A DNA stretch of 64,000 nucleotides from an uncultured Pelagibacteraceae bacterium. Lineage in GTDB: Bacteria > Pseudomonadota > Alphaproteobacteria > Pelagibacterales > Pelagibacteraceae. Positions 30,246-39,892 of the stretch are shown here, piece after piece (the first letter of the stretch is position 1; every line of letters begins with the position of its first letter). The notes beneath the pieces are model-generated. The model saw nothing but the letters and a program-made list of their open reading frames with translations, did not search any database and was not told the DNA's origin. The stretch is from positions 4,446 to 68,445 of the forward strand of contig CACPQM010000005.1 of assembly GCA_902636075.1 (NCBI GenBank), written 5' to 3'. Made by a program: the position numbers and the translations under genes.

Positions 30246-31292
30246 TTAAGATTTAATTATATTTAAAAACGATTCTACATCATCTGGATGAGTATTCCAG
30301 GCAGCAACTAATCGAACAGCTTTATCTTCCCACTCATCATCGTTAATTTTGTAACCATGCGAATTAAATTGATCAATTATATTTTTTGGTATTTTAACAA
30401 AAACCTCATTTGCATCTGTTGGGTAAGCTAATTCAATATTTTTGTGTTTCAGTAAACCTTGGCTTAATTTTTTCCCCATAGCATTTGCATGCTTTGCATT
30501 TTTTAACCAAACTTCATTTGAAATATAAGCATCTAATTGTGCTGATACAAAACGCATCTTTGACAGTAAATGTCCTGCTCTTTTCATTAAAAAGGCTAAA
30601 TTTCCAACTAACTCTGGTTTAAAAAAAATAATAGCTTCTGCTGCTAGGCATCCATTTTTAGTTGCTCCAAATGACAGTACATCAATTCCAGACTTCCATG
30701 TCATTTCTGCTGGAGTACAGTTTAACGAAACTAGCGCATTTGCAAATCTTGCACCATCCATATGAATATTTAGATCATGTTTGTGAGTAATCTCTGATAT
30801 TTTTTTTATTTCATCTAAATTGTAAGCAACACCAGTTTCACATAATTGGGTTATACTTACTGATGAGGGTTGAGTATGATGTACCACACCTTTTCCAGAG
30901 ATGTTTTTATCTAATTCTTCTGCTATTATTTTTCCATTATTACCACCCAGATTTACTAACTTTGCACCTCCTGTATAAAATTCGGGAGCTCCACATTCAT
31001 CTACATTTATATGGGAAAGCCTATGGCAATAGATATTTCCAAAAGATGGAGTCATAGTTGATAAGGCTAAAGCATTAGCTGCTGTTCCTGAAGCAGTTGG
31101 AAAAACTATAACTTCTTTCTCGAATATTTCTGAAAATTTACTTTGTAAGTTTTTAGAAAGCTCATCATTACCATATGGAGTTTTATCTTCATCATTAGCT
31201 TTAAGAAGTGCATTTAAGACCTCTGGACATGCACCTGTAACGTTATCTGAAGCAAATTTTACTCTTTCTCTTTTTGTTTTTATCTGTGTCAC
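30246..31292 (-). CDS. ltaE: Low-specificity L-threonine aldolase
   Basis: FASDN, GTAAN, HMDGARFAN and SFGATKNG (PLP lysine) motifs. Confidence 0.92.
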   Translation of the reverse strand: MTQIKTKRERVKFASDNVTGACPEVLNALLKANDEDKTPYGNDELSKNLQSKFSEIFEKEVIVFPTASGTAANALALSTMTPSFGNIYCHRLSHINVDECGAPEFYTGGAKLVNLGGNNGKIIAEELDKNISGKGVVHHTQPSSVSITQLCETGVAYNLDEIKKISEITHKHDLNIHMDGARFANALVSLNCTPAEMTWKSGIDVLSFGATKNGCLAAEAIIFFKPELVGNLAFLMKRAGHLLSKMRFVSAQLDAYISNEVWLKNAKHANAMGKKLSQGLLKHKNIELAYPTDANEVFVKIPKNIIDQFNSHGYKINDDEWEDKAVRLVAAWNTHPDDVESFLNIIKS

Positions 31293-31294
31293 AA

Positions 31295-32410
31295 TTATTG
31301 TTTTGGAAAATAATCTTTTAATTCACCTTCTCTATAAACATCTGCTGTACAACAATGTAATCCACCTCCAAATGCATAAGCGTCTCTAAGCTCAACAGGA
31401 ACAACCTCCATTCCTAATTTATCTAGTTGTTCTGCTTGATATACCTCACTTTTTTCTACACATACAGTTTTAGGATCTAAAACTAAAACATTCATTGATA
31501 GCCATGTTGAAGAATAACATAGAGGTGGTGGTTCATTATGTGCAGGTTGAGCACTATCAATAATTTCCCATCCGTTATTTTCAAACAATTTTCTTTGCTC
31601 TTTAGGAAGCCTTCTTTGAGGATTGTTAATTATTAAACCCTCCTTGATAGGTGTAAAAGTTGCATCTATATGAATTGGATAAGGATCACCTGGAAAATTA
31701 ACAGCGTGAACCCTGTGATCTTTATAATGTCTTTTTAACCAATCAATTCCTTTTAAATTTGTTGTAAAACCATGTTGTACTACTAAGTCTTTACCAAATC
31801 TTAAAACGTCAGCAGCATCAAATAGCGGCTCCTCTTCAGTGGTTACAAAATATTTATTTTCTGTCCATTCCAGTCTTTTTTGAATTCCTATTTTATCTGA
31901 TAAGTAATCTTCTCTGTAATCCTCGTCTGTTAATCTTGGTTTAGGAGCAGATTCGTGTCTCATATTTGGATCTGAATTATAATATTGTTTTAAAAGTGGT
32001 CGGTAACATAGATATTCAAACCATCGGCAACGATAACTCATCGTAGCCTCTAAAATTTCATTACCGACAGTTAACAAAACATCTCTCGGTGGCATGCATC
32101 CAAACATCGTCTCTGCTTGCCAATCAGGTGTAGATGTTCTTTGATTAAAATCAATTGGATCTGGTCTATCAACTTTAATCCCTCTTTTTTTTAATATATT
32201 TGAGAAATCATCTAAAAGCTGATTTGCTTTATCTACAGTATCTTTAGTTCTTGGACCAAATTTTCCTCTCATATCGCTGTCTTCTGGAACTTTGGCATCT
32301 AATGCTGGCTCAGGGGCAGGTATACAAGTACCATCTGCTTTACCTACTATTACATGTTTCAATGGATCCCATTCATTCCAACTATTGACAATTACTTTTT
32401 CATTATTCAT
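31295..32410 (-). CDS. Amidinotransferase (glycine amidinotransferase-like)
   Basis: VNSWNEWDPLK, PRD, EPLFDAAD (Asp), PIHID (His) and GGGLHCCT (Cys) catalytic triad motifs. Confidence 0.9.
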   Translation of the reverse strand: MNNEKVIVNSWNEWDPLKHVIVGKADGTCIPAPEPALDAKVPEDSDMRGKFGPRTKDTVDKANQLLDDFSNILKKRGIKVDRPDPIDFNQRTSTPDWQAETMFGCMPPRDVLLTVGNEILEATMSYRCRWFEYLCYRPLLKQYYNSDPNMRHESAPKPRLTDEDYREDYLSDKIGIQKRLEWTENKYFVTTEEEPLFDAADVLRFGKDLVVQHGFTTNLKGIDWLKRHYKDHRVHAVNFPGDPYPIHIDATFTPIKEGLIINNPQRRLPKEQRKLFENNGWEIIDSAQPAHNEPPPLCYSSTWLSMNVLVLDPKTVCVEKSEVYQAEQLDKLGMEVVPVELRDAYAFGGGLHCCTADVYREGELKDYFPKQ

Positions 32411-32411
32411 T

Positions 32412-33317
32412 TTAGTTTAAACCTATAAATCTTCTATTAGACTGCATAACGAGGCTGTAGTAAAAAATTGACATAAAGATAAAAAATCCACCAATAATAG
32501 TATTCGTAGATGGGACTTCATTAATTCCCATCCATGGTAACCATACCCAAAATATTCCACCTATTACCTCAGTGAGTGAGAGTAAAGTTAGATCAGCTGC
32601 TGGAATGTTTTTTGATCCAATTGAATATAATATTAAACCCATACATACTAGAGTTCCATGAGTAGCAAATAAGGCTTCATTTTTTCCAGTAGATAAAAAA
32701 TTAACATCGTTTGACATAAGTATTACTGCAGAAAATATGAAACAGAAAAGCCCTGCAAAGGCTACAGTAGTAAATTTTGGTGTTTCTTTTCTCCATCTAA
32801 GTGAAACAGAAAAAATTGAGAAACCTAATGCAGAAATAAGCCCAAACACAAGTCCTGGCAATGAATTTTTACCAGAATTGTCAAAAGCCATTATACATAT
32901 ACCCGCTGCTGCAACTAAAATCGCAATCCATACTGTTAATGAAATTTTTTCTTTTAAGAATAAGAAACCTAATAAGGCTGTTATAAATGGCATTGCTGCA
33001 AGACAAAGTAAAGTGATAGCTGCTGTCGTATTAGTAATTGACCATATAAAAGTTATCATTGCAGTACCAAGACCAATACCTCCAATTAGACCCGATATAC
33101 CTACTTTAAAATAATTTTTATAAAACTCTTTTCCTTCCTCAAGAAACAAATATATATTAAGCAAAAGAAAAATAACTATTCCTCTTGTAAATAAATATTG
33201 CCAAGGAACTGTTTCTGGCTGATCGATATGTCTTACAACATATGGGCCAAATGACCAAAAAATACCCGCTATCAGTACAATTGGAATGGCTACTTTAGGA
33301 TTTTTTAAGTTTAGCAT
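32412..33317 (-). CDS. DMT/EamA family transporter
   Basis: 10 TM; FLKEKI and LTEVIGGIFWVWL motifs. Confidence 0.85.
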   Translation of the reverse strand: MLNLKNPKVAIPIVLIAGIFWSFGPYVVRHIDQPETVPWQYLFTRGIVIFLLLNIYLFLEEGKEFYKNYFKVGISGLIGGIGLGTAMITFIWSITNTTAAITLLCLAAMPFITALLGFLFLKEKISLTVWIAILVAAAGICIMAFDNSGKNSLPGLVFGLISALGFSIFSVSLRWRKETPKFTTVAFAGLFCFIFSAVILMSNDVNFLSTGKNEALFATHGTLVCMGLILYSIGSKNIPAADLTLLSLTEVIGGIFWVWLPWMGINEVPSTNTIIGGFFIFMSIFYYSLVMQSNRRFIGLN

Positions 33318-33395
33318 GTGCTATTTTTTTATTTAAGAAGTATGAAAATATAAATATAAATTTGTATAATAACAATCAAATAAATACTCAAATTA

Positions 33396-33791
33396 ATGGA
33401 TATTAATATTTTAAAAATAGCTTCTGATACCAAAAACAATAAACATATTCATAACTGCACTCATTCGATGAAATATAAAAATCAAATTTGTGGTGATGAG
33501 ATTGAAATTTTTTTAATTATTAAAGACAATGTTATAAAAGATTTCTCTTATCAGTCTCAATCTTGCATATATTGCAATGCATCTGCAAATTTAGCTACAA
33601 AAAATTTTAAGAAAAAAAGTAAAGATAAAATTAAAAATTTTATAAAATTATTAGATAAGTTTAATGATAAAGAAAATATTTCATTTCCAAGTGAATGGAA
33701 AGAGTTTAAAAAACTCTTTGATAAAAAAAATTATACAAGGAAAGAATGTTTAACACTTCCAATAAAAGCTTTAAAAAAAGTAATACAATAA
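33396..33791 (+). CDS. IscU/SufU (NifU N-terminal)-like Fe-S scaffold protein
   Basis: N..CGDEI, SC..C.ASA and R.EC.TLP conserved cysteines. Confidence 0.8.
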   Translation: MDINILKIASDTKNNKHIHNCTHSMKYKNQICGDEIEIFLIIKDNVIKDFSYQSQSCIYCNASANLATKNFKKKSKDKIKNFIKLLDKFNDKENISFPSEWKEFKKLFDKKNYTRKECLTLPIKALKKVIQ

Positions 33792-34253
33792 ATGAATAAA
33801 GATAAAATTTTAAAATCCCTTTTAGCGTTGATTTTTACAACTGTTACGATTGGTGTTCTCACTTTATTAACTTATAAAACTGATTTTGGACTTTTTTTAA
33901 TTGCATCATTTGGATCCTCAATGGTTCTTCTATATGGTTACCCAGAAAGTCCATTTGCTAAACCTAAAAATATATTATTTGGTCATCTAGTAACTTCAGC
34001 AATTGGAATTCTATTTTATAATTTTATCCCCTTACCAATTTATATATCGATACCTTTAGCAGTAGGTATTGGTGTTGGATTGATGATTTTACTAGATGTA
34101 ACCCACCCTCCAGCTGGAGGAAATCCTATTATAGTCATATTGGGCTCAGTATCGTTTGACTATTTATTCTCCCCAATATTAACTGGATGTTTGATTATAA
34201 TAGCCTTTGGAATTATTCTGAATAAATTCGTTGCTAAAAAGAAATACCCCTAA
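33792..34253 (+). CDS. HPP family membrane protein
   Basis: ASFGSS.VL, P.SP.A.P.N...GH and THPPAGG motifs. Confidence 0.92.
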   Translation: MNKDKILKSLLALIFTTVTIGVLTLLTYKTDFGLFLIASFGSSMVLLYGYPESPFAKPKNILFGHLVTSAIGILFYNFIPLPIYISIPLAVGIGVGLMILLDVTHPPAGGNPIIVILGSVSFDYLFSPILTGCLIIIAFGIILNKFVAKKKYP

Positions 34254-34268
34254 TCAAGTACTATTCGT

Positions 34269-34298
34269 TTGATTGATGTTCTTATTTTATGCTACACT
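34269..34298 (+). promoter_or_regulatory. Putative sigma70 promoter of fdh
   Basis: TTGATT-18 nt-TACACT with extended -10 TG; SD AGGAG at 34343-34347. Confidence 0.45.
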
Positions 34299-34352
34299 TT
34301 CATAAGAAAATATCTATAGAGAGATTTTAAAACATAAATATTAGGAGAAAAA

Positions 34353-35552
34353 ATGAAAGTACTTTGCGTGTTATATGATGATCCTAAAGGTGGTATGCCT
34401 AAAGCTTACCCTTTATCAGATCTTCCAAAATTAGAAAAATACCCTGATGGAATGACTTTACCTAGTCCAAAAGGTAGGGATTTCACACCTGGAGAATTAT
34501 TAGGATGTGTATCTGGTGAATTAGGATTAAGAAAATTTTTAGAGAGCAATGGTCATGAGTTAGTTGTGACAAATAGTAAAGATGGAGAAGGGTGCGAGGC
34601 TGATAAACATATAGTAGATGCAGATATAGTTATTTCTCAACCATTCTTTCCTTATTATTTAACAAAAGAAAAGATTGAAAAAGCAAAAAACTTGAAAATG
34701 GCAATAACTGCAGGAATTGGTTCAGATCACGTAGATTTACAAGCAGCAATGGATCATAAAATTGATGTCGTAGAAGTTACTTTCTGTAACTCAAGATCAG
34801 TTGCTGAGCATATAGTAATGATGATAGTTTCACTTGTTCGAGATTACCACAACCAACATCGAATCGTAAATGAAGGTGGATGGAATATAGCAGATGCTGT
34901 TCAAAGATCTTACGATGTTGAGGGAATGCATATTGGAACTGTAGCAGCTGGAAGAATTGGATTAGATGCACTCAGAAAAATGAAACCTTTTGATGTTCAT
35001 CTTCACTATTTTGATAGGCATAGATTACCTGAGTCAGTTGAAAAGGAGTTAAATCTTACTTTCCATGAAACTGTGGAGTCTATGGTTAAAGTATGTGATG
35101 TTGTAACAATCAACTGTCCTCTGCATCCTGAAACAGAAAATTTATTTGATGATGAAATGATAGGTAAAATGAAAAAAGGTGCATATATTGTAAATACCGC
35201 AAGAGGTAAAATTTGTAATAGAGATGCAATAGCAAAAGCCTTGAAGAGTGGACAATTAAGTGGATATGCGGGAGATGTATGGTTTCCTCAACCAGCTCCA
35301 AACGATCACGTGTGGAGAACAATGCCAAACCATGGAATGACACCTCATACTTCTGGAACATCACTATCTGCTCAAGCTAGATATGCTGATGGTGTGAGAG
35401 AAATCTTGGAATGTTTCTTTGAAGGTAGTGAAATACGTAACCAATACTTGATTGTTAAAGATGGACAATTAGCTGGAATGGGAGCACATTCTTATAGTAA
35501 AGGAAGCGCTACCGGTGGTTCAGAAGAAGCGGCAAAATATCAAAAAAAATAG
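34353..35552 (+). CDS. fdh: NAD-dependent, metal-independent formate dehydrogenase
   Basis: LLGCVSGELGLRKFLE, AGIGSDH, AAGRIG, YAGDVWFPQPAP and MTPH.SG motifs. Confidence 0.96.
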   Translation: MKVLCVLYDDPKGGMPKAYPLSDLPKLEKYPDGMTLPSPKGRDFTPGELLGCVSGELGLRKFLESNGHELVVTNSKDGEGCEADKHIVDADIVISQPFFPYYLTKEKIEKAKNLKMAITAGIGSDHVDLQAAMDHKIDVVEVTFCNSRSVAEHIVMMIVSLVRDYHNQHRIVNEGGWNIADAVQRSYDVEGMHIGTVAAGRIGLDALRKMKPFDVHLHYFDRHRLPESVEKELNLTFHETVESMVKVCDVVTINCPLHPETENLFDDEMIGKMKKGAYIVNTARGKICNRDAIAKALKSGQLSGYAGDVWFPQPAPNDHVWRTMPNHGMTPHTSGTSLSAQARYADGVREILECFFEGSEIRNQYLIVKDGQLAGMGAHSYSKGSATGGSEEAAKYQKK

Positions 35553-35569
35553 AGTTTTAAATAGAAATT

Positions 35570-35609
35570 ATTAAAGGTAAGCTATCAGTTTTAGATAGCT
35601 ACCTTTAAT
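35570..35609 (+). terminator. Stem-loop after fdh that overlaps the msrA start codon
   Basis: ATTAAAGGTA-a-GCTATC / 7-nt loop / GATAGC-TACCTTTAAT inverted repeat. Confidence 0.6.
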
Positions 35610-36186
35610 GAAAAAACTTTTATCAATTATTTTCTTTCTAATTTCTTCAATCAGCTTCGCCAATTCACCAAATTTTGAAAAAGCTTATTTTGCTGGAGGA
35701 TGCTTTTGGTGTATGGAAGAGTCTTTTGAAAATATTCTTGGTGTTTCAAAAGTTATCTCTGGCTACTCAGGTGGCACTACAGAAAATCCAACATATAAAG
35801 AAGTTACATACGGAAACACAGGCCATTTTGAAGTTATTGAAGTCATATATATTCCAGAAGTAGTTAGCTATGAAAAACTCTTAGAAGAATTCTGGGTAAA
35901 CATTGATCCCTTTGATGCTGTAGGGCAATTTTGTGACAAGGGATATAGTTATAGATCAGTAGCATTTTATCAAAATGATAAGCAAAAAAACTTAATCGAA
36001 AATAGTATTAAGGAAATAGAGAAAAAATTTAAAAAAAAAGTAGTAACTTATGTAAGAAAATTTGATAAATTTTATATTGCCGAGGCAGTTCATCAAGATT
36101 ATTACCAAATAAATTTTCTTAATTACTTAAGATATAAAAAAGGATGTAAACGCGAAGCAATATTAAATAGTATTTGGGGGTCTTAA
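35608..36186 (+). CDS. msrA: Peptide-methionine (S)-S-oxide reductase, exported
   Basis: FAGGCFWC, GYSGG, TGH.E, GQF.D.G..YRS, AE..HQDYY; N-terminal signal peptide. Confidence 0.95.
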   Translation: MKKLLSIIFFLISSISFANSPNFEKAYFAGGCFWCMEESFENILGVSKVISGYSGGTTENPTYKEVTYGNTGHFEVIEVIYIPEVVSYEKLLEEFWVNIDPFDAVGQFCDKGYSYRSVAFYQNDKQKNLIENSIKEIEKKFKKKVVTYVRKFDKFYIAEAVHQDYYQINFLNYLRYKKGCKREAILNSIWGS

Positions 36187-36187
36187 A

Positions 36188-37195
36188 ATGTCTGTGGTTA
36201 GTAAATACGTATCTTTAAAAAATTATATTCCAACCGGATTACCAAAAGAGACAGATTTTGAAATAAAATCAAAAGAAATTTCAATTAATGATGAAAAAAA
36301 TATTTTAGTGTCAAATTCATGGATATCAGTTGATCCATACATGCGTGCAAGAATGACTGAGAGAAAAAATTATAAACCACCATTTAAAATCGGTGAGGAA
36401 ATGGAAGGGTATGCAATTGGTAAAGTAAAAATCACAAATGACAGAAGTTTTAAAATTGGAGATTTAGTATTTAGTAGTCTTGGTATGAGAGATAATTTTG
36501 TTTGCAATGCTGATGAACTCAAAAAACTTAATCCAATAAATATACCTGTACAATCTTATTTAGGACCACTAGGTATGACTGGTCATACAGCTTATATAGG
36601 TCTGTTAAAACACGGTGAATTGAAAGCTGGACAGACAGTTTTAGTTTCTTCTGCTGGAGGGAGTGTTGGATCTATAGTTTGTCAAATTGCAAAAAATCTT
36701 GGATGTAAAGTAATTGCAAGTACAGGGTCTGATGAAAAAGTTGATTGGTTAAAAAATGAACTAAAAGTTGATCATGCTTTTAATTATAAGAAAGTTGAAA
36801 ATCTTGTATTACATTTCAAGGAAATTTGTCCTGATGGTTTTGATCTTTATTTTGATAATGTTGGTGGACACTTTTTAGAATCCGCAATTTTCCAAATGAA
36901 AACATATGGTCGTATTGTGATTTGTGGAAGAATTTCACAGATGAATGCAACAAATCCTGGATCTGGTTTGAAAAATATGGCTTATGTTTTAGTAAAAAGA
37001 CTTACAATTAAAGGATTTCTTATTTTTGATCACGATAATGAAAGAGAGCCATTTGAAACTGAAATGTCAAAATGGTTGGCAGATGGTAAAATAAAATTTA
37101 AAGAAACTATCTACGAAGGAATAGAGAATGCTCCAAAGTCATTTATTGATTTATTAAACGGTAAAAATATTGGCAAAATGCTTGTCAAAATTTAG
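36188..37195 (+). CDS. NADP-dependent oxidoreductase (CurA/YncB, alkenal reductase family)
   Basis: SVDPYMR, LGMTG.TAY.GL, YFDNVGG and N.GKM motifs. Confidence 0.9.
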   Translation: MSVVSKYVSLKNYIPTGLPKETDFEIKSKEISINDEKNILVSNSWISVDPYMRARMTERKNYKPPFKIGEEMEGYAIGKVKITNDRSFKIGDLVFSSLGMRDNFVCNADELKKLNPINIPVQSYLGPLGMTGHTAYIGLLKHGELKAGQTVLVSSAGGSVGSIVCQIAKNLGCKVIASTGSDEKVDWLKNELKVDHAFNYKKVENLVLHFKEICPDGFDLYFDNVGGHFLESAIFQMKTYGRIVICGRISQMNATNPGSGLKNMAYVLVKRLTIKGFLIFDHDNEREPFETEMSKWLADGKIKFKETIYEGIENAPKSFIDLLNGKNIGKMLVKI

Positions 37196-37228
37196 TTAAG
37201 AAATTTTGTGACTTAAAATCCTCAATAA

Positions 37229-38077
37229 ATGATTAAAACATTTCCTTTACTATTTATATTGCTATGGTCATCTGCATTCATCTCAGGTGATATTATAGTT
37301 CAGAATGCATCACCTTTTGCAGCACTTGCCTTTAGATTTGGAATAGTAACTATAGGTTTCTTCTTATTCGCATTACTTAAAAGAGATATAATTTTTACAA
37401 AAGTAAGATATATATTAGAAAGTATAACCACAGGTGTATTATTTCATGGATTATATCTTGGTGGTTGTTGGTACGCTTTTCATGTAGGAGTTCCTGCAAG
37501 TGTTGTAGCATTAATAGTTACTCTTCAACCAATATTAACTAATTTATTATCAGGACCAATCTATAAAGAGGTAATAGGATGGAGGCAATGGGTTGGTATT
37601 GTGTTTGGATTTGTAGGCTCGTTGCTAGTACTTGGAGTAGATTTTGGAGAAGAGTTTCCTAAAGATGGATTAGCAACTTGTTTTATTGCCCTTGCTGCAA
37701 TCACTACAGGAACCTTGTGGCAAAAAAAACTAAGCGGCAATGTACCTTTATCAGTTAATAATGGATTTCAAGCTTTTGGGGGCTGTTCTTTTAATTTAAT
37801 TTTAATATCAATATTTGAAACTCCTTATATAAATTTTACAACAGGATTTTTATTAGGAATGACACATCAGATTATTCTAGTGTCGTTTGGAGCCTTTACA
37901 ATTTTAATGTTTTTAATAAAAGCAGGTTCAGTGAGTAAAACATCAACATTATTTTTTCTTGTCCCTCCTACAACAGCTGTAATGGCTTATTTATTTTTAG
38001 GAGAAAAATTATCTAATGTTGAAATAGCAGGGTTTATACTTGCAACAATTGGTGTTTATATTGCTACTAGAAAGTAA
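37229..38077 (+). CDS. DMT/EamA family transporter
   Basis: LWSSAF, LQPILT and LVPP.TA...YLFLGE motifs. Confidence 0.88.
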   Translation: MIKTFPLLFILLWSSAFISGDIIVQNASPFAALAFRFGIVTIGFFLFALLKRDIIFTKVRYILESITTGVLFHGLYLGGCWYAFHVGVPASVVALIVTLQPILTNLLSGPIYKEVIGWRQWVGIVFGFVGSLLVLGVDFGEEFPKDGLATCFIALAAITTGTLWQKKLSGNVPLSVNNGFQAFGGCSFNLILISIFETPYINFTTGFLLGMTHQIILVSFGAFTILMFLIKAGSVSKTSTLFFLVPPTTAVMAYLFLGEKLSNVEIAGFILATIGVYIATRK

Positions 38078-38257
38078 GTGAAAATTTTAAATTTTATAAA
38101 AAAATTTTATCGGCCTTTTGTGTTAACTTATCTTTTTTTTTCAATTGGCATAAGTTTTTATCCTTCTTTTGAATTTTACTCATTTCAGGGACAGCTTTTG
38201 ATATTTGCTGTTTCAATATTTAATGGTTTTTTGGGAATTCTTATTAAAAAAAATTAA
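38078..38257 (+). CDS. Small 2-TM membrane protein (59 aa), below the ORF-track cutoff
   Basis: GTG start right after the DMT stop: MKILNFIKKFYRPFVLTYLFFSIGISFYPSFEFYSFQGQLLIFAVSIFNGFLGILIKKN*; exactly fills the gap to the next convergent gene. Confidence 0.55.
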   Translation: MKILNFIKKFYRPFVLTYLFFSIGISFYPSFEFYSFQGQLLIFAVSIFNGFLGILIKKN

Positions 38258-38767
38258 TTATTTATATGCTAAAACGTTAAGACTTATTGGAAGTCCATAT
38301 GGAGCATAGTTACTTGTATCATTAAATAGATTGAAAGATTTAACCCTCTCAGTTTTTTTAAAACCTGCTTCACCCAGATAATCTTTTAAAAACTCATAAT
38401 TCCAACCAAAATAGTGATAATCAAAATCATCAATTTGACCACCAAACATCATTCTCATTGTATGGAATTTTACCTTTGTAGGAGCCTTAGGATCTAAGAA
38501 AATTCTACATAGAATTTCCATATCAGGCACCGATATATAAAATTTTCCATTTTCCTCTAAAATTCTGAATACGCCTTTTAGTGTGTCCATTATTTTTTTT
38601 TGATCTACATGCTCTACTACATGGCTAGCATATACCTCACTTACACTTTTATCATCAAATTGTGAAAGGTCTCTAATGTCTCCGATATAGTCGACACTAA
38701 TACCTTTTTGTATATTAAGTATTTTCCATCCTTCTTTTTTTTCTGTACCTCCTATGTGCAATTTCAT
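38258..38767 (-). CDS. Class I SAM-dependent methyltransferase-domain protein
   Basis: KLHIGG, YASHVVEH and RIL...G...ISVPD motifs. Confidence 0.8.
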   Translation of the reverse strand: MKLHIGGTEKKEGWKILNIQKGISVDYIGDIRDLSQFDDKSVSEVYASHVVEHVDQKKIMDTLKGVFRILEENGKFYISVPDMEILCRIFLDPKAPTKVKFHTMRMMFGGQIDDFDYHYFGWNYEFLKDYLGEAGFKKTERVKSFNLFNDTSNYAPYGLPISLNVLAYK

Positions 38768-38773
38768 ATTTGT

Positions 38774-39877
38774 TTATAAAACGTAAGGTTCAGGCCTTGC
38801 GTTACTTTTCAATACTCTTTCTACATCAAAAACACTTATATCTATTGACTGATAGCTGCCTGTTGTTATTAATTCAGTTAAAGCTCTACCAATGCCTGGT
38901 GCCTGCATCAAACCTCTTCCGGTAAAGCCAGATGCTAAATAAACATTGTCATATTTTGGATGTTTACCAACAACTGCGTTGTTATCAAGCTTGTTACAAT
39001 CATAAAATCCTGCCCAGCCACCAGTTAGTTTTAGTTCTTCAAAAGCTGGTACTCTTTTTGCCAGAGCAGGCCAAACTAATTCTTCAAAATCATTCCATGC
39101 TGGTTCTAAATCTTTCGCATCAAATACAGATATAGGTGAACCTGCTAAGAATTCTTTACCCTCCGGTCTCCAATATACGCCAGTTGTTAAATCTCCAGTT
39201 AATGGCATATCAGGAAAATGTTTTGGACATTTTACTCTGAATACAGTGTGCTTTTGTGGCTCTACTGGAATATCTGATAACAATTCTTTAGTCCAACATC
39301 CTGCTGCTGAAATGATAGTTTTTGCATTTATCTCAGACAAATTTTTAACCTCACCTTTAAGAAACTCTGCGCCTAACTCAATTGCTTTACTTTTTAAAGC
39401 ACTATGAAACATAAAAGGATCAATCCAACCTTCACTTTTATTATCAGTATAAGTGGCTGTCTCTATCCCCTCATTATTTATATATGGAAAAATTTTATTT
39501 AATTCTGAACCTTTAATATTTTTTGTACCAGCATCGCATTCTCTATGATTTTCTAATGCTCGGTATTGTTCTTCTGCATGTTCTGGTCCAAACATTAAAA
39601 GGTATCCATTAGGAACCATGCTTGCTGTTGGGTTTGGGTTTTTTTTTGTTTTTAATAATTCTGGTATTTTAAAAATGAATTCTCTAGCAAATTTACCTAA
39701 AAGTATGTTTTCTTTTTGAAAAAATTGTCTTCTAAATCCACCTAAAGATAAAGGAAATGAGGCAGTCTTATATGTAGGGTCTCTCTCTATTACCTTAACT
39801 TTTCTACCTTCAATTGATAAAAAGTAAGCAGTTGCAGCGCCTATTATACCTCCACCAACTATGACGACATCATCCAT
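38774..39877 (-). CDS. FAD-dependent oxidoreductase (DAO / sarcosine oxidase beta / FOXRED1-like)
   Basis: GGGIIG, S.GG.R.QF, WAG.YD and GFTGRGLMQAP motifs. Confidence 0.85.
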   Translation of the reverse strand: MDDVVIVGGGIIGAATAYFLSIEGRKVKVIERDPTYKTASFPLSLGGFRRQFFQKENILLGKFAREFIFKIPELLKTKKNPNPTASMVPNGYLLMFGPEHAEEQYRALENHRECDAGTKNIKGSELNKIFPYINNEGIETATYTDNKSEGWIDPFMFHSALKSKAIELGAEFLKGEVKNLSEINAKTIISAAGCWTKELLSDIPVEPQKHTVFRVKCPKHFPDMPLTGDLTTGVYWRPEGKEFLAGSPISVFDAKDLEPAWNDFEELVWPALAKRVPAFEELKLTGGWAGFYDCNKLDNNAVVGKHPKYDNVYLASGFTGRGLMQAPGIGRALTELITTGSYQSIDISVFDVERVLKSNARPEPYVL

Positions 39878-39892
39878 AAACTTTAATATATA

